A program made the position numbers and the translations under genes. A DNA stretch of 37,109 nucleotides from Myxococcota bacterium (GTDB lineage: Bacteria > Myxococcota_A > UBA9160 > UBA4427): NCBI GenBank assembly GCA_041891195.1, contig JASDVE010000072.1:1-37109 (forward strand). Reading direction: 5' to 3'. The notes under the pieces were generated by a model, which was not told the DNA's origin, ran no database searches, and saw only the letters and a program-made list of their open reading frames with translations. Positions 26,567 to 34,973 of this stretch are shown in pieces (positions within the stretch are counted from its first letter, which is position 1; every line of letters starts with the position of its first letter).

Positions 26567-28012
26567 TTGCGAGCCGCGGACCCGCGAAGCCTGGGATTGC
26601 TGCGCATCGCGATCGGCAGCATGCTGATCGCCGACGTGCTGCGTCGGCTACCCGACTTCGCTCATTTTTATACGAATGCGGGAATGCTGCCAAACCACAC
26701 AACACTGTGGCAGCCGCTGCGCCCGCATGCGATTTCTTTCTTCTTCACCCTGTCGACACCCGCCGAAGCGCTGCTTGGGTTGCTTGCCTGCTTGGGCGTG
26801 TTCGTGTGCTTCACCCTCGGTTGGCGAACGCGACTTTTTCAGATGCTCGCGCTGGTCTGCCTCATTAGCCTGCACGGGCGTGTCACGATGCTCGAAAACG
26901 GCGGGGACATCGTACTCAGCAACTTGCTGTTCTGGTCGACCTTCCTGCCACTCGGACGACGCTTTTCCCTCGACGCAAAAATTGCCGCAGAGACGAATCC
27001 AAACTTCGTGCACGACACGCGGCCCATCACATCACTTGCCGTGCTCGCGATCATTCTTCAGTTCGGCGTCATCTATCTCTTCAACGCTTTCAACAAGTAC
27101 GGCGTTGAATGGCTTGACGGCTCAGCCGTCCACTACGCAATGCACCAAGACCGAATCGCGACCGCGCTCGCAGTTGCCGCCCGAGAGAATCTCCCGCTCG
27201 CCGGCCTTAAAGCCATGACGTGGCTTGCAATCGCGACCGAGTACGTCCTCGCAGCCTTGATCTTGACGCCATTCTTAAGACGCTACGCGCACCGCGTCGT
27301 TTTGCTCACGGCGCCTGGTCTCCACCTTTCATTCGCGCTTTTCCTCAACCTCGGCCTGTTTTCGTATGCAATGTTGGCTTGGCTCCCCTTGCTACTTACG
27401 AGTGAAGACTGGGACTGGATCGCTCGACGCCGTGGGCAGGAACCCGAGGTTGTGAATTCGGACTCAGACGAATGCAGTTCACCTGCCTGGACTGTATTGC
27501 TGCGCGAAGCCGCCGTAGTTGCGTTTCTCATCGCATGTGGGTTCCAACTATTGAACGAAAACCCATTTACTCCAGAACGTTTCCGGCTCGAGAAACCCGC
27601 AATTGTACAAGCGATGATCGGCTACCCGCGGTTGCGGCAAGGCTGGAGCATGTTCGCGCCTCGCTCGCCAATCAACGAGACGCTGCTCGTCGTCGATGCA
27701 CGCACTGTCGACGGCAGGCACGTCGACCCCATCGCGTGGGCGTCACGCGGAACCGACGAGGTGATCCGCGACCACATCCCGAAGGCCCTCGGCTTTAGTC
27801 AGTTTTGGGTCAGCATCGTCGAACGCATGCCCGGCCACGCGCCCTATCATGGTGCGCTACGCGACTGGATCCTGCGTCACCACGAACGCACCGGGAACGA
27901 CAATGACGCAGTCGTGCGTTTTGAGGTCGTAAACCTGATCGCTGAAAGCCCGCATCTTGGCGAAGACAAGGACTACCCCGTCAGCGAGCAGATGGTCTTG
28001 CGGTATCCGTAA
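26567..28012 (+). CDS. HTTM domain (vitamin K-dependent gamma-carboxylase-like transmembrane domain) protein
   Basis: TTG start follows GGGGGAG. N-terminus SLGLLRIAIGSMLIADVL plus multiple TM helices fit the HTTM-type pattern. Confidence 0.65.
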   Translation: MRAADPRSLGLLRIAIGSMLIADVLRRLPDFAHFYTNAGMLPNHTTLWQPLRPHAISFFFTLSTPAEALLGLLACLGVFVCFTLGWRTRLFQMLALVCLISLHGRVTMLENGGDIVLSNLLFWSTFLPLGRRFSLDAKIAAETNPNFVHDTRPITSLAVLAIILQFGVIYLFNAFNKYGVEWLDGSAVHYAMHQDRIATALAVAARENLPLAGLKAMTWLAIATEYVLAALILTPFLRRYAHRVVLLTAPGLHLSFALFLNLGLFSYAMLAWLPLLLTSEDWDWIARRRGQEPEVVNSDSDECSSPAWTVLLREAAVVAFLIACGFQLLNENPFTPERFRLEKPAIVQAMIGYPRLRQGWSMFAPRSPINETLLVVDARTVDGRHVDPIAWASRGTDEVIRDHIPKALGFSQFWVSIVERMPGHAPYHGALRDWILRHHERTGNDNDAVVRFEVVNLIAESPHLGEDKDYPVSEQMVLRYP

Positions 28013-28123
28013 AGCGGGCGCAACCCATCACCGACCACAAAACTTTGGTGTAGAAACCAGGGACCGCGAGGCAGCACCAAGGCGCGGCGTCGATCGAGTT
28101 ACCTCGAAACGCGGCGCGGCTTG

Positions 28124-28405
28124 TTACTTCTGCAACCGCTTGAGCACGCGGCGCTTCAGGCGAAGGCCCTCTTCGGCAAGGTCCTTGTCCGCAGTCTTGA
28201 TCAAGAAGGCGTCGAGCCCACCCTTCTTCTGCACCGTGCGAAGAGCGCGCACGGAAACCTGAAGAGACACGTCGCATCCCAAAACGTCAGAAGGCAAGCT
28301 CACCTTCTGGATGTTGGGCATGAAGGTCCGGTTGGTCCGGCGCTTACTGTGCGAGACGTTGTGCCCAAACTGAACTTTCTTACCGGTAAGCGCGCATTGA
28401 CCCAT
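28124..28405 (-). CDS. rpmB: 50S ribosomal protein L28
   Basis: [34 protein letters not shown] is the canonical L28 N-terminus. GAGGGA lies upstream of the ATG. Confidence 0.9.
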   Translation of the reverse strand: MGQCALTGKKVQFGHNVSHSKRRTNRTFMPNIQKVSLPSDVLGCDVSLQVSVRALRTVQKKGGLDAFLIKTADKDLAEEGLRLKRRVLKRLQK

Positions 28406-28484
28406 GACGATTTCCCTCGAAGTCCATCACTAAGTTGCGACCGTGACACAGTCTGCGTATAGGATGGATGAATTTTGGCGACGT

Positions 28485-28578
28485 GTGTTGTGACGGTGTT
28501 GTTACGGTGTTGTTACGGTGGTGTTACGGTGGTGTTACGGTGGTGTTACGGTGGTGGTGATGTGACGGTGTTGTTGCG
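28485..28578. repeat. Tandem array of about 8 copies of an 11-bp unit (GTGKTGTTACG)
   Basis: Units at 28485, 28496, 28507 (GTGTTGTKACG), 28518, 28529, 28540 (GTGGTGTTACG x3 perfect), a 17-nt degenerate unit at 28551, and 28568 (GTGTTGTTGCG). The array lies 80-170 bp upstream of the rpmB start and downstream of pspA. Confidence 0.95.
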
Positions 28579-28775
28579 GCTTTTGCGCCGGACTCCCGCC
28601 GGTCTTTGTTCCGAACCCCCTGAAATCCAAAAAGAATTTCCCAAAGGGCGCGAAAGCGAGGGCAATGGATAGCGATTGGTCGGGGCCCGGTCAAGCAGCG
28701 TTTGACAGCCTGAGAGCGAGAAACTGGGCTTCGGGGCCAAAATCCACCCGACACCCTCGCGTTCCTCCCCCACTG

Positions 28776-29510
28776 CTAGTGAGAAGCCAGTATTGGCTCA
28801 TTTTGAGCCGGAATTATGCGAGCGGCCATTTCGCGTTTGAGTTCCGCGAGCTCGCTCTTGGCCGCGTCTCGACGGGCTTGGTCGCGGAAACCTCGAAGCT
28901 GTCCACGGACCTCTGTGCCGCCGATTTCACGGTCGAGTTCGCTCTCGGCGCCCATCCGCTCGATCTGTTCTCGTACGCCTTCGAGGGCATCCATTTCGGC
29001 CTCAACTGAGAGCCCTTCCATCGCGGCCTGCAGTCGGCGGCGGGCCTTGGCATTCGCGAGGGTGGCGATCATGCGGCCCTTTTCGCGTACCAGCGACCGA
29101 ATTTCTTCGCGAAATCTGACGAGATTCGCCTTGGCTTCGTCCGCCTGCACCCGGACAGTGCCGAACTCCGTTTCGGCCCTTTCGAGATCTTCAAACAACG
29201 ACTGTTTGCGCGCGATCAAGGTCAGGCAGGCTTCTTCGTCGTCGCGCGAGAGCGAGCGCCGGGTTTCGTCATGCAGGCGGGCGATCTCGGCACGTCGCTC
29301 GGCGATTTCGGCGTCGAGCTTGCCGCGCATATATAGAATCCCCGCCACGGCGTCTTTGAGTTCCCGGTACTGCTTCAGTCGTCCACGAATCGCTTGCTCG
29401 TAGACGGCTTCGGGACTTTCGAGCTCCCGGTCGCGCACCCATACCGAGAAGATGCCTCGCAACAGGCTACGCATTCGTCCAAACACGCTTGCGGATTTGG
29501 TTCCACTCAT
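28776..29510 (-). CDS. pspA: PspA/IM30 family membrane-stress protein
   Basis: 244-aa coiled-coil protein. The N-terminal amphipathic segment RMRSLLRGIFSVWV...PEAVYEQAIR and the overall pattern resemble PspA/Vipp1. Its ATG overlaps the upstream stop codon (ATGA). Confidence 0.8.
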   Translation of the reverse strand: MSGTKSASVFGRMRSLLRGIFSVWVRDRELESPEAVYEQAIRGRLKQYRELKDAVAGILYMRGKLDAEIAERRAEIARLHDETRRSLSRDDEEACLTLIARKQSLFEDLERAETEFGTVRVQADEAKANLVRFREEIRSLVREKGRMIATLANAKARRRLQAAMEGLSVEAEMDALEGVREQIERMGAESELDREIGGTEVRGQLRGFRDQARRDAAKSELAELKREMAARIIPAQNEPILASH

Positions 29511-30949
29511 TGGTTTTCCCCTTTGGTTTGTTGGCTCGCGGGCGCTGAACCAAGCGACTCGGAACGGAGCCCAAGTTCGCGGATCTTCTGTTGCAGGCTT
29601 TGTCGCACCATCCCGATGTCCCGAGCGGTTTGCGACACATTGCCGTCGTTCTTTCGCAGCGCGCTCACCAAGAACTCGCGCTCAAAGTTTTCGATCATCG
29701 ACTTTTTGGCTTCCGAAAAGGGAAGCTTTCCGTTGGGTTCTGAGGCAAAGCTCGGTGTCGCCGCGAGCCGTGTGATCGCACTCGCACCAAGCTGCAAGTC
29801 GTCTTCTTCGATCTCGTCGCCGCTCGAAAGCACCGCCGCTTGTTCGAGCAAGTTGCCGAGCTCGCGCACGTTGCCGGGCCAGTCGTGTTGCATGAGACGC
29901 GCCATGGCACTGGGGGAAAGTTCTTTTTTTTCGCGCCCCAAGCGTTCGGCGACGCGCTCGAGAAACCGCGCACAAAGAGAGGGAAGGTCTTCGCGTCGTT
30001 CGCGCAGGGGGGGAAGCTCCACCTGCACGACCTTCAAACGGTAATAGAGGTCTTCGCGAAAGCGCCCTTCCTTAACTTCTTCTTCTAGATTGCGATGAGT
30101 TGCCGCGACGACACGGACGTCGACTTCGACACCGTCGCTGCCGCCAACGCGTTCAAACTTTTGTTCTTGCAAGACACGCAAAACTTTGGCTTGGGTTTCG
30201 GACGCCATGTCGCCAATTTCGTCCAGAAAAATCGTGCCGCCGTCTGCAAGTTCGAAGCGACCTTCACGCCGCTGATCTGCGCCCGTGAACGCGTTTTTTT
30301 CATGACCAAACAATTCGCTTTCAACGAGTTCCTGGTTGATCGCTGCGCAATTGACCGCGATGAATGGGCGGCTACGACGACCGCTCGTGTTGTGAATCGC
30401 CTGGGCGACGAGTTCCTTTCCGGTGCCACTTTCGCCGCGAATCAAAACGGTGAGGTCCGTCTCCGCGACTTTTTGAATCGTCTCGTAGACTTTTCGCATT
30501 CCGGCGCTTGTCCCAATGATGTTTTCGAAACCGTACTCGCGCTGAACGCGTTCGAGCAGCAGCCGATGTTCCCGTTCGAGTCGGTATCGATCGATGGCCC
30601 GACGTACCACCACGCGGAGCTCGTCATTGTCAAAAGGCTTCGGGATGTAGTCTTCGGCGCCCGCCTTCATCGCGACTACGGCGATCTTTTCAGAACCATG
30701 TGCGGTGATCATGACGACGGCCGTTTCGAGGCGCAGTTCTTTGGCCCGCTTGAGCACGTCCATCCCGGTGGCCCCGCGCCCAAGCGCCAAGTCGGTCAGC
30801 ACGAGATCGAAGCTTTGCTTTTCGAGGGCTGCGAGTGCCTTCTCACCGTCTTCGGCGAGCTCCACCTCATAACCTTCACGCTTGAGCAGGCCGTTAAGTG
30901 CTACACGGATCGCGCTTTCATCTTCGACGACCAAGATACGAGGCTTCAC
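29507..30949 (-). CDS. NtrC-family sigma54-dependent response regulator (receiver-AAA+-HTH)
   Basis: Receiver domain (ILVVEDE...LTDLAL), Walker A GESGTGKE, GAFTGA-loop variant ESELFGHEKNAFTGA and a C-terminal Fis-type HTH (NVSQTARDIGMVRQSLQQKI). The GTG start overlaps the upstream stop codon (GTGA). Confidence 0.9.
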   Translation of the reverse strand: MKPRILVVEDESAIRVALNGLLKREGYEVELAEDGEKALAALEKQSFDLVLTDLALGRGATGMDVLKRAKELRLETAVVMITAHGSEKIAVVAMKAGAEDYIPKPFDNDELRVVVRRAIDRYRLEREHRLLLERVQREYGFENIIGTSAGMRKVYETIQKVAETDLTVLIRGESGTGKELVAQAIHNTSGRRSRPFIAVNCAAINQELVESELFGHEKNAFTGADQRREGRFELADGGTIFLDEIGDMASETQAKVLRVLQEQKFERVGGSDGVEVDVRVVAATHRNLEEEVKEGRFREDLYYRLKVVQVELPPLRERREDLPSLCARFLERVAERLGREKKELSPSAMARLMQHDWPGNVRELGNLLEQAAVLSSGDEIEEDDLQLGASAITRLAATPSFASEPNGKLPFSEAKKSMIENFEREFLVSALRKNDGNVSQTARDIGMVRQSLQQKIRELGLRSESLGSAPASQQTKGENQ

Positions 30950-32187
30950 AGGCGATCTCCTTGGAAGGCCGACGGGCTTCCCTTCGGCAAACTCAAAATA
31001 AATTCGGCACCACTTCCGGGGACCGCACTGACTTCGATCTTTCCGCGGTGGGCGTCAACGAGCTTCTTCGTGATCGCAAGCCCAAGCCCGGTGCCGTTGC
31101 GATTGGCGGTATAGAAAGGCGTGAAAATCTGATCCTGAATTTCTTGATCGATCCCTAGCCCGTTATCCCGAACACGAACCCAGACCTCGTTTCCGGCGAG
31201 GTTTTCGCCCATCGAGACATGCACCACCGGCTCGGTCACTTGCGCCTCGGCGAGGGCGTCGAGGGCGTTCCCAACCAAGTTGATCATGACTCGCCGAAGC
31301 TTTTCGGCGTCGCCGTGCATTTCGCCGTCGCAGTCAAACTCGCGCTCGATCGCGATGCCTTCGCGTTCACTACGTTCACGAAACGTTTCAAGAGCCGAGT
31401 CGAGCACGTCCCGCATCAGAAGCGGAGCGCGGTGGAGTTCTTCTTCGCGACCAAACTTGAGCAGGTGAGAAATTGAGCGCTCAACACGTTCGAGTTCGAC
31501 CAACGCAACCTGGGCGTATTCTTCGTTGTCGATCGAATTGGGGTCTTCGCGCATCTGTTGAAGCAGACTCTTCGCCGCTGTGATGGGGTTGCGAATTTCG
31601 TGGGCAACCGAGGCGGACAACACTTCAAGCGACTGCGCGTGGTCGTCCGCAAGCTCAACTCGTTCACGGCTCACGTTGGCGTGAACATGACGTTCGACTT
31701 GTTCTTCAACGAGGCGTTCTTTCAAGCGCGGCTCGACCATCTGCGAAAAGAAGCGTCGCCCGTGGCGGAAGAACCAGTAAAGGATCGCGGCGAAACCAAG
31801 CCACGGCACAAAGACAAGCAGCAGCAATACGATGATGGCCTGCTTCGCGGTCGAGATGAGGAGCTCTGCCCGGTCTTCTGCGTCCGTTCGCGCGTCTTGA
31901 TATTCTTGTTCTTCAGAGCTCAGAACTCGTGTGTGCGGTCGCGCGATGTCTCCATGGTCGTCGTCCGATTCGAAGAGCTCGCCTTCGTCGTGGCGCGAGG
32001 GGTTTCGACGACGGAGACGACGCTTGCCGCGGATTTTCGACTGCACTTTGGCCTTTGCCTCCGACCGCGCCTTGTCCCAGTTCGACTTCAGGTGATCCGA
32101 CATGCGCGCGTCCTCCGGCCTTTGGGTCATCCCAGCCGTCTGAAGAGTGTCGAGGAGAAACTTGTTGTATCGCAGCGTTGTCTTCAT
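30946..32187 (-). CDS. Sensor histidine kinase with a charged N-terminal region and one long hydrophobic segment
   Basis: H-box SASVAHEIRNPITAAKS and HATPase motifs (NLVGNALDAL, DNGLGID, GTGLGLA). No sizeable extracytoplasmic domain is evident. The ATG overlaps the upstream stop codon (ATGA). Confidence 0.85.
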   Translation of the reverse strand: MKTTLRYNKFLLDTLQTAGMTQRPEDARMSDHLKSNWDKARSEAKAKVQSKIRGKRRLRRRNPSRHDEGELFESDDDHGDIARPHTRVLSSEEQEYQDARTDAEDRAELLISTAKQAIIVLLLLVFVPWLGFAAILYWFFRHGRRFFSQMVEPRLKERLVEEQVERHVHANVSRERVELADDHAQSLEVLSASVAHEIRNPITAAKSLLQQMREDPNSIDNEEYAQVALVELERVERSISHLLKFGREEELHRAPLLMRDVLDSALETFRERSEREGIAIEREFDCDGEMHGDAEKLRRVMINLVGNALDALAEAQVTEPVVHVSMGENLAGNEVWVRVRDNGLGIDQEIQDQIFTPFYTANRNGTGLGLAITKKLVDAHRGKIEVSAVPGSGAEFILSLPKGSPSAFQGDRL

Positions 32188-33278
32188 GACTTCGCTACCG
32201 AGCCGGCGTGCGCCTTCGGGAAAGTAAGCAGAAATTCTGCACCCGAGTCATTGCCGTCGACCACTTCGAGGCTGCCGCCGTGGGACTCCACAACCTTCTG
32301 CGACAACGCCAGTCCCAACCCAGTCCCGTTCGATTTGGTGGTGAAAAAGGGATTAAAGATGCTCTGACGAACTGCCATGTCCATGCCGGGGCCGTTGTCG
32401 CGAATGCGCAGCCAGACTTCGGTGCTCGCCAGGTTCTCCCCAGCCAAGATCACAACACACGGCGTTGGGGTTGCGGACTCTTCGAGGGAGTCGAGTGCGT
32501 TGCGGAGCAAGTTGATCACGACACGACGCAGCTTTTCGGTGTCGCCCTGCATTTCGCAGATGGCCCCGGTTTCAACGTCGACGTTTACGCCAAGTGCGTC
32601 GACACGGTCGCGCATAGATGCAAGGGCCGAGTCGATAATGTTGGGCAGGAACAACGGCTCGAAACAAAAGTCTTCTTCGCGGGCGTACTTGAGCAAGTGA
32701 GAGATCGAGCGTTCGACACGGTCGAGTTCTTCGAGTGCCACCCGGGCAAACTGAATGTTGTCCCCAGAAACGGGATCTTCACCCATCTGTTGCACCAGGC
32801 TCTTGGCTGCGGTGACGGGGTTGCGAATTTCGTGAGCGATCGATGCCGAAAGATCTTCGAGCGATCGCGCATTGGCGCTCTGTGCGACGTCGAGTTTTTT
32901 CGCACCCTGCTCAACGTGTCGGTCCATCTCATCGGCGATCCAACGTTCGCGCAGCCGGGGTGCAGCCAACGCCGCCACGTAGTGAAGTGCGAGGCCAATA
33001 CCCCAGGACAACGCGACGATGATCGTGGCGCGAAGGCTGCGGCTACTGACGAGAATCAGAGTCAACACCGACCCATAAGCGGTCAAATGAATGAGCCAAC
33101 CAACCCGGCGGTTCGCACGACTCTGCGCAGTGCGGTAGCGCCGCTCTTCGAGGGTCCATTCGCGCTTCTTTCTGTCCCGGCCCCAGGCGACCGTTTTACG
33201 ACGCGGTCGTCGCGACGCACCGTGCGAGTCAAAGCGATCGGGAAAACCTTGCTCTCGATTTTGCTTGCGGTGACTCAT
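32184..33278 (-). CDS. Sensor histidine kinase with a 2TM-type N-terminal membrane module (paralog of the downstream kinase)
   Basis: ATG at 33278 follows GGGGGGAGAG. Two adjacent hydrophobic helices (VGWLIHLTAYGSVLTLILV / IIVALSWGIGLALHYVAAL) precede H-box SASIAHEIRNPVTAAKS. The catalytic core aligns almost residue for residue with the next kinase. Confidence 0.85.
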   Translation of the reverse strand: MSHRKQNREQGFPDRFDSHGASRRPRRKTVAWGRDRKKREWTLEERRYRTAQSRANRRVGWLIHLTAYGSVLTLILVSSRSLRATIIVALSWGIGLALHYVAALAAPRLRERWIADEMDRHVEQGAKKLDVAQSANARSLEDLSASIAHEIRNPVTAAKSLVQQMGEDPVSGDNIQFARVALEELDRVERSISHLLKYAREEDFCFEPLFLPNIIDSALASMRDRVDALGVNVDVETGAICEMQGDTEKLRRVVINLLRNALDSLEESATPTPCVVILAGENLASTEVWLRIRDNGPGMDMAVRQSIFNPFFTTKSNGTGLGLALSQKVVESHGGSLEVVDGNDSGAEFLLTFPKAHAGSVAKS

Positions 33279-33414
33279 CGCTCTCCCCCCGACACCGCCA
33301 GATTGATGGCCGTCGGTGCCGCCACTCGAGACGCCGCACTCCCATCGAGGGAAGGAGTGAAAGGCGTCGTCACAGTGCGGTCGTCGTCCATAAGCCAGCA
33401 TTCCCCACTATAAA

Positions 33415-33430
33415 GCAATGACCATGCCGA
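33415..33430 (-). promoter_or_regulatory. Sigma54 (-24/-12) type promoter CGGCAT-N5-TTGCT upstream of the kinase-kinase-activator-pspA operon
   Basis: The minus strand reads tCGGCATGGTCATTGCTTTATAG with exact GG-N10-GC spacing. It shares the extended -12 region TTGCTTTATA with the 9625 promoter. It implies a leader of about 125 nt before the 33278 start. Confidence 0.55.
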
Positions 33431-33552
33431 AAATAAAAAATTAGCAATGCCGGACACTTAGCTTCAGGCGTGGGCCGACGATTGGGCATTCCCTGCGTTC
33501 AGTGCAGTAGAGATCATGCACCATCCACGCAGCTTGCACGACGCCGAACTTC

Positions 33553-33586
33553 CATCGCGTCAACGAATCATTCAATTGACGCGATG
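33553..33586. promoter_or_regulatory. Perfect 11-bp inverted repeat CATCGCGTCAA-N12-TTGACGCGATG, candidate upstream activator site
   Basis: Read directly. It is located 125-155 bp upstream of the minus-strand sigma54-type promoter, with an AT-rich tract (33430-33450) in between. Confidence 0.4.
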
Positions 33587-34165
33587 CAACGACAAGCTGA
33601 ACACAGGTCTCCAGATATAGAGGGACGCCCGGGGAGCATCACCTCAACCCGGACGGCCTCTACTCTCCAGTTACCGAATTTCCCGCGTCTCGCCGTAGGC
33701 CTCGGGGGCGAGACCACCGACCCTCAAACGCTCGCTTGGCGCTTCACCAATGGACCCGTGTGGCTATAAGCTCGGCGGCTGCATAAGGCAACCGACCGAA
33801 ATCCCTTCCCAGGTCCGAGCCATCAGAATTCGCTGCTTTTCATCAACATAATCGCGCTGGTGAACGGCTGCGAAACGAATGACAAGGGCCACCCCGGGTA
33901 CATCAGTAGAAGAAGTCAATCCAGCAACGGGTCGGACCGTTGACCCGCGAAGGCAGAATACGGACGGGTGTGCGTAAAAGTCAATCAATTAATCACCGGT
34001 AACTCGAATTGGACCGCCCGGTTCACGACGGGACGTTTTATGTCGCGTTGCTATCATGCGCGCCGAAATGCAGGAGTGGGGGCTTGTGCTTGAGACCAAA
34101 GCAAAAATTGGTTGATAGTCGTGAGCGAGCAAAGCGCAATCAGTTGAGCCGCAACAGGAGCAGAT

Positions 34166-34726
34166 GTGACGGATATAGACACAGCAGCGACCACGCAAAC
34201 CGACGAAGAAACCGCCTACCACCAAGCGGGGCAAGCAGTCAATTGCGTCACCCTATTTGGCGCGCGGGTCGTAAAGAACTTGGGCTTGTCAGGGGGCCGG
34301 GTCACCGATTGGAAGTTCGAAACTTATTCGCGCTTGCCGGTTCCGCTTTCGTGCCGGCCGCCGAGTCATAAGCGCGGCGAAGATCGCAAACCGATCGAGG
34401 TTGAAGGCATCGTCGACGCACACGGCATCCTCACCTATTCGGGAAGCGCTGCGGTGTACATGCACTATCGCGATCAAGGTCGCGCCGAAGCGTTCGACTA
34501 CCAGAACGATCATCTCGGCACGCGCGAAGCACTTGCAAAACTCGCGAGTAGCATTGGCGTTGAACGCCCAGCAGATAAGTTTTACGAAACGTACTGGAGC
34601 GAAGCGAGTCGGCTCCTTACGGCAGACTGGAACGCCGTCGAACGCGTGGCAGATGGTTTGCTCACGTTGCGCTCGCTCAATGGCAACCGCATTGACGCGT
34701 TGGTGCTCGGCGAAGAACTTCAGTAG
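34166..34726 (+). CDS. FtsH/peptidase M41-like domain protein with a degenerate metal site (HEXXH changed to HQAGQ)
   Basis: GTG lies 5 nt after AGGAG. ETAYHQAGQAV aligns to FtsH AYHEAGHAL. The downstream segments YSGSAAVYMHY and NDHLGTREALAKLA resemble the M41 helical region. There is no AAA+ domain and no TM segment. Confidence 0.5.
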   Translation: MTDIDTAATTQTDEETAYHQAGQAVNCVTLFGARVVKNLGLSGGRVTDWKFETYSRLPVPLSCRPPSHKRGEDRKPIEVEGIVDAHGILTYSGSAAVYMHYRDQGRAEAFDYQNDHLGTREALAKLASSIGVERPADKFYETYWSEASRLLTADWNAVERVADGLLTLRSLNGNRIDALVLGEELQ

Positions 34727-34973
34727 CCACGGCGACGGCAGACCGCACCCCCGCGGCACCAGTTCGCAACCCAGAAACAAGCCGCGTTTTCGTCAAACGT
34801 GCTGATAACGGACGCGATGTCTAATCAGGGGCCGGGGAGAGAGAAGCCGGGGGGCGGGTTCGGCCACCCGCGATATTGAGGCGCCCTCCATCGTCTCAGA
34901 TGTAGATGCAATTTGGCCAATGGGGGAGGGAAGTCTCGCTGATCTTCACGAACCCGTTTAGACTCCTGTCGCC

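Noticed and set aside
28485-28578. Possible CRISPR array
   Set aside because: The units are only 11 bp and directly abut with no spacers. There are no cas genes in the window. It is a simple tandem repeat.
28475-28672. 65-aa ORF through the tandem repeat
   Set aside because: The translation (VVTVLLRCCYGGVTVVLRWCYGG...) is just the repeat read in frame. It has no RBS and an implausible composition.
30095-33413. Plus-strand ORFs of 339, 269 and 401 aa
   Set aside because: They are antisense to the sigma54 activator and the two kinases, all of which carry unambiguous catalytic motifs on the minus strand.
33764-34234. Minus-strand ORFs of 74 and 81 aa, and plus-strand ORFs 33470..33769 and 34009..34371
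   Set aside because: They have no RBS and Cys/Arg/Ser-rich or otherwise implausible translations. They lie in the lower-GC divergent regulatory region between the kinase operon and the M41-like gene.
34647-34662. Third sigma54-like match, TGGCAG-ATGGT-TTGCT, with correct spacing
   Set aside because: It lies inside the 3' part of the M41-like CDS, more than 300 nt from the next start codon. It lacks the TTGCTTTATA extension and any upstream palindrome or AT tract. It could be real but is indistinguishable from a chance hit.
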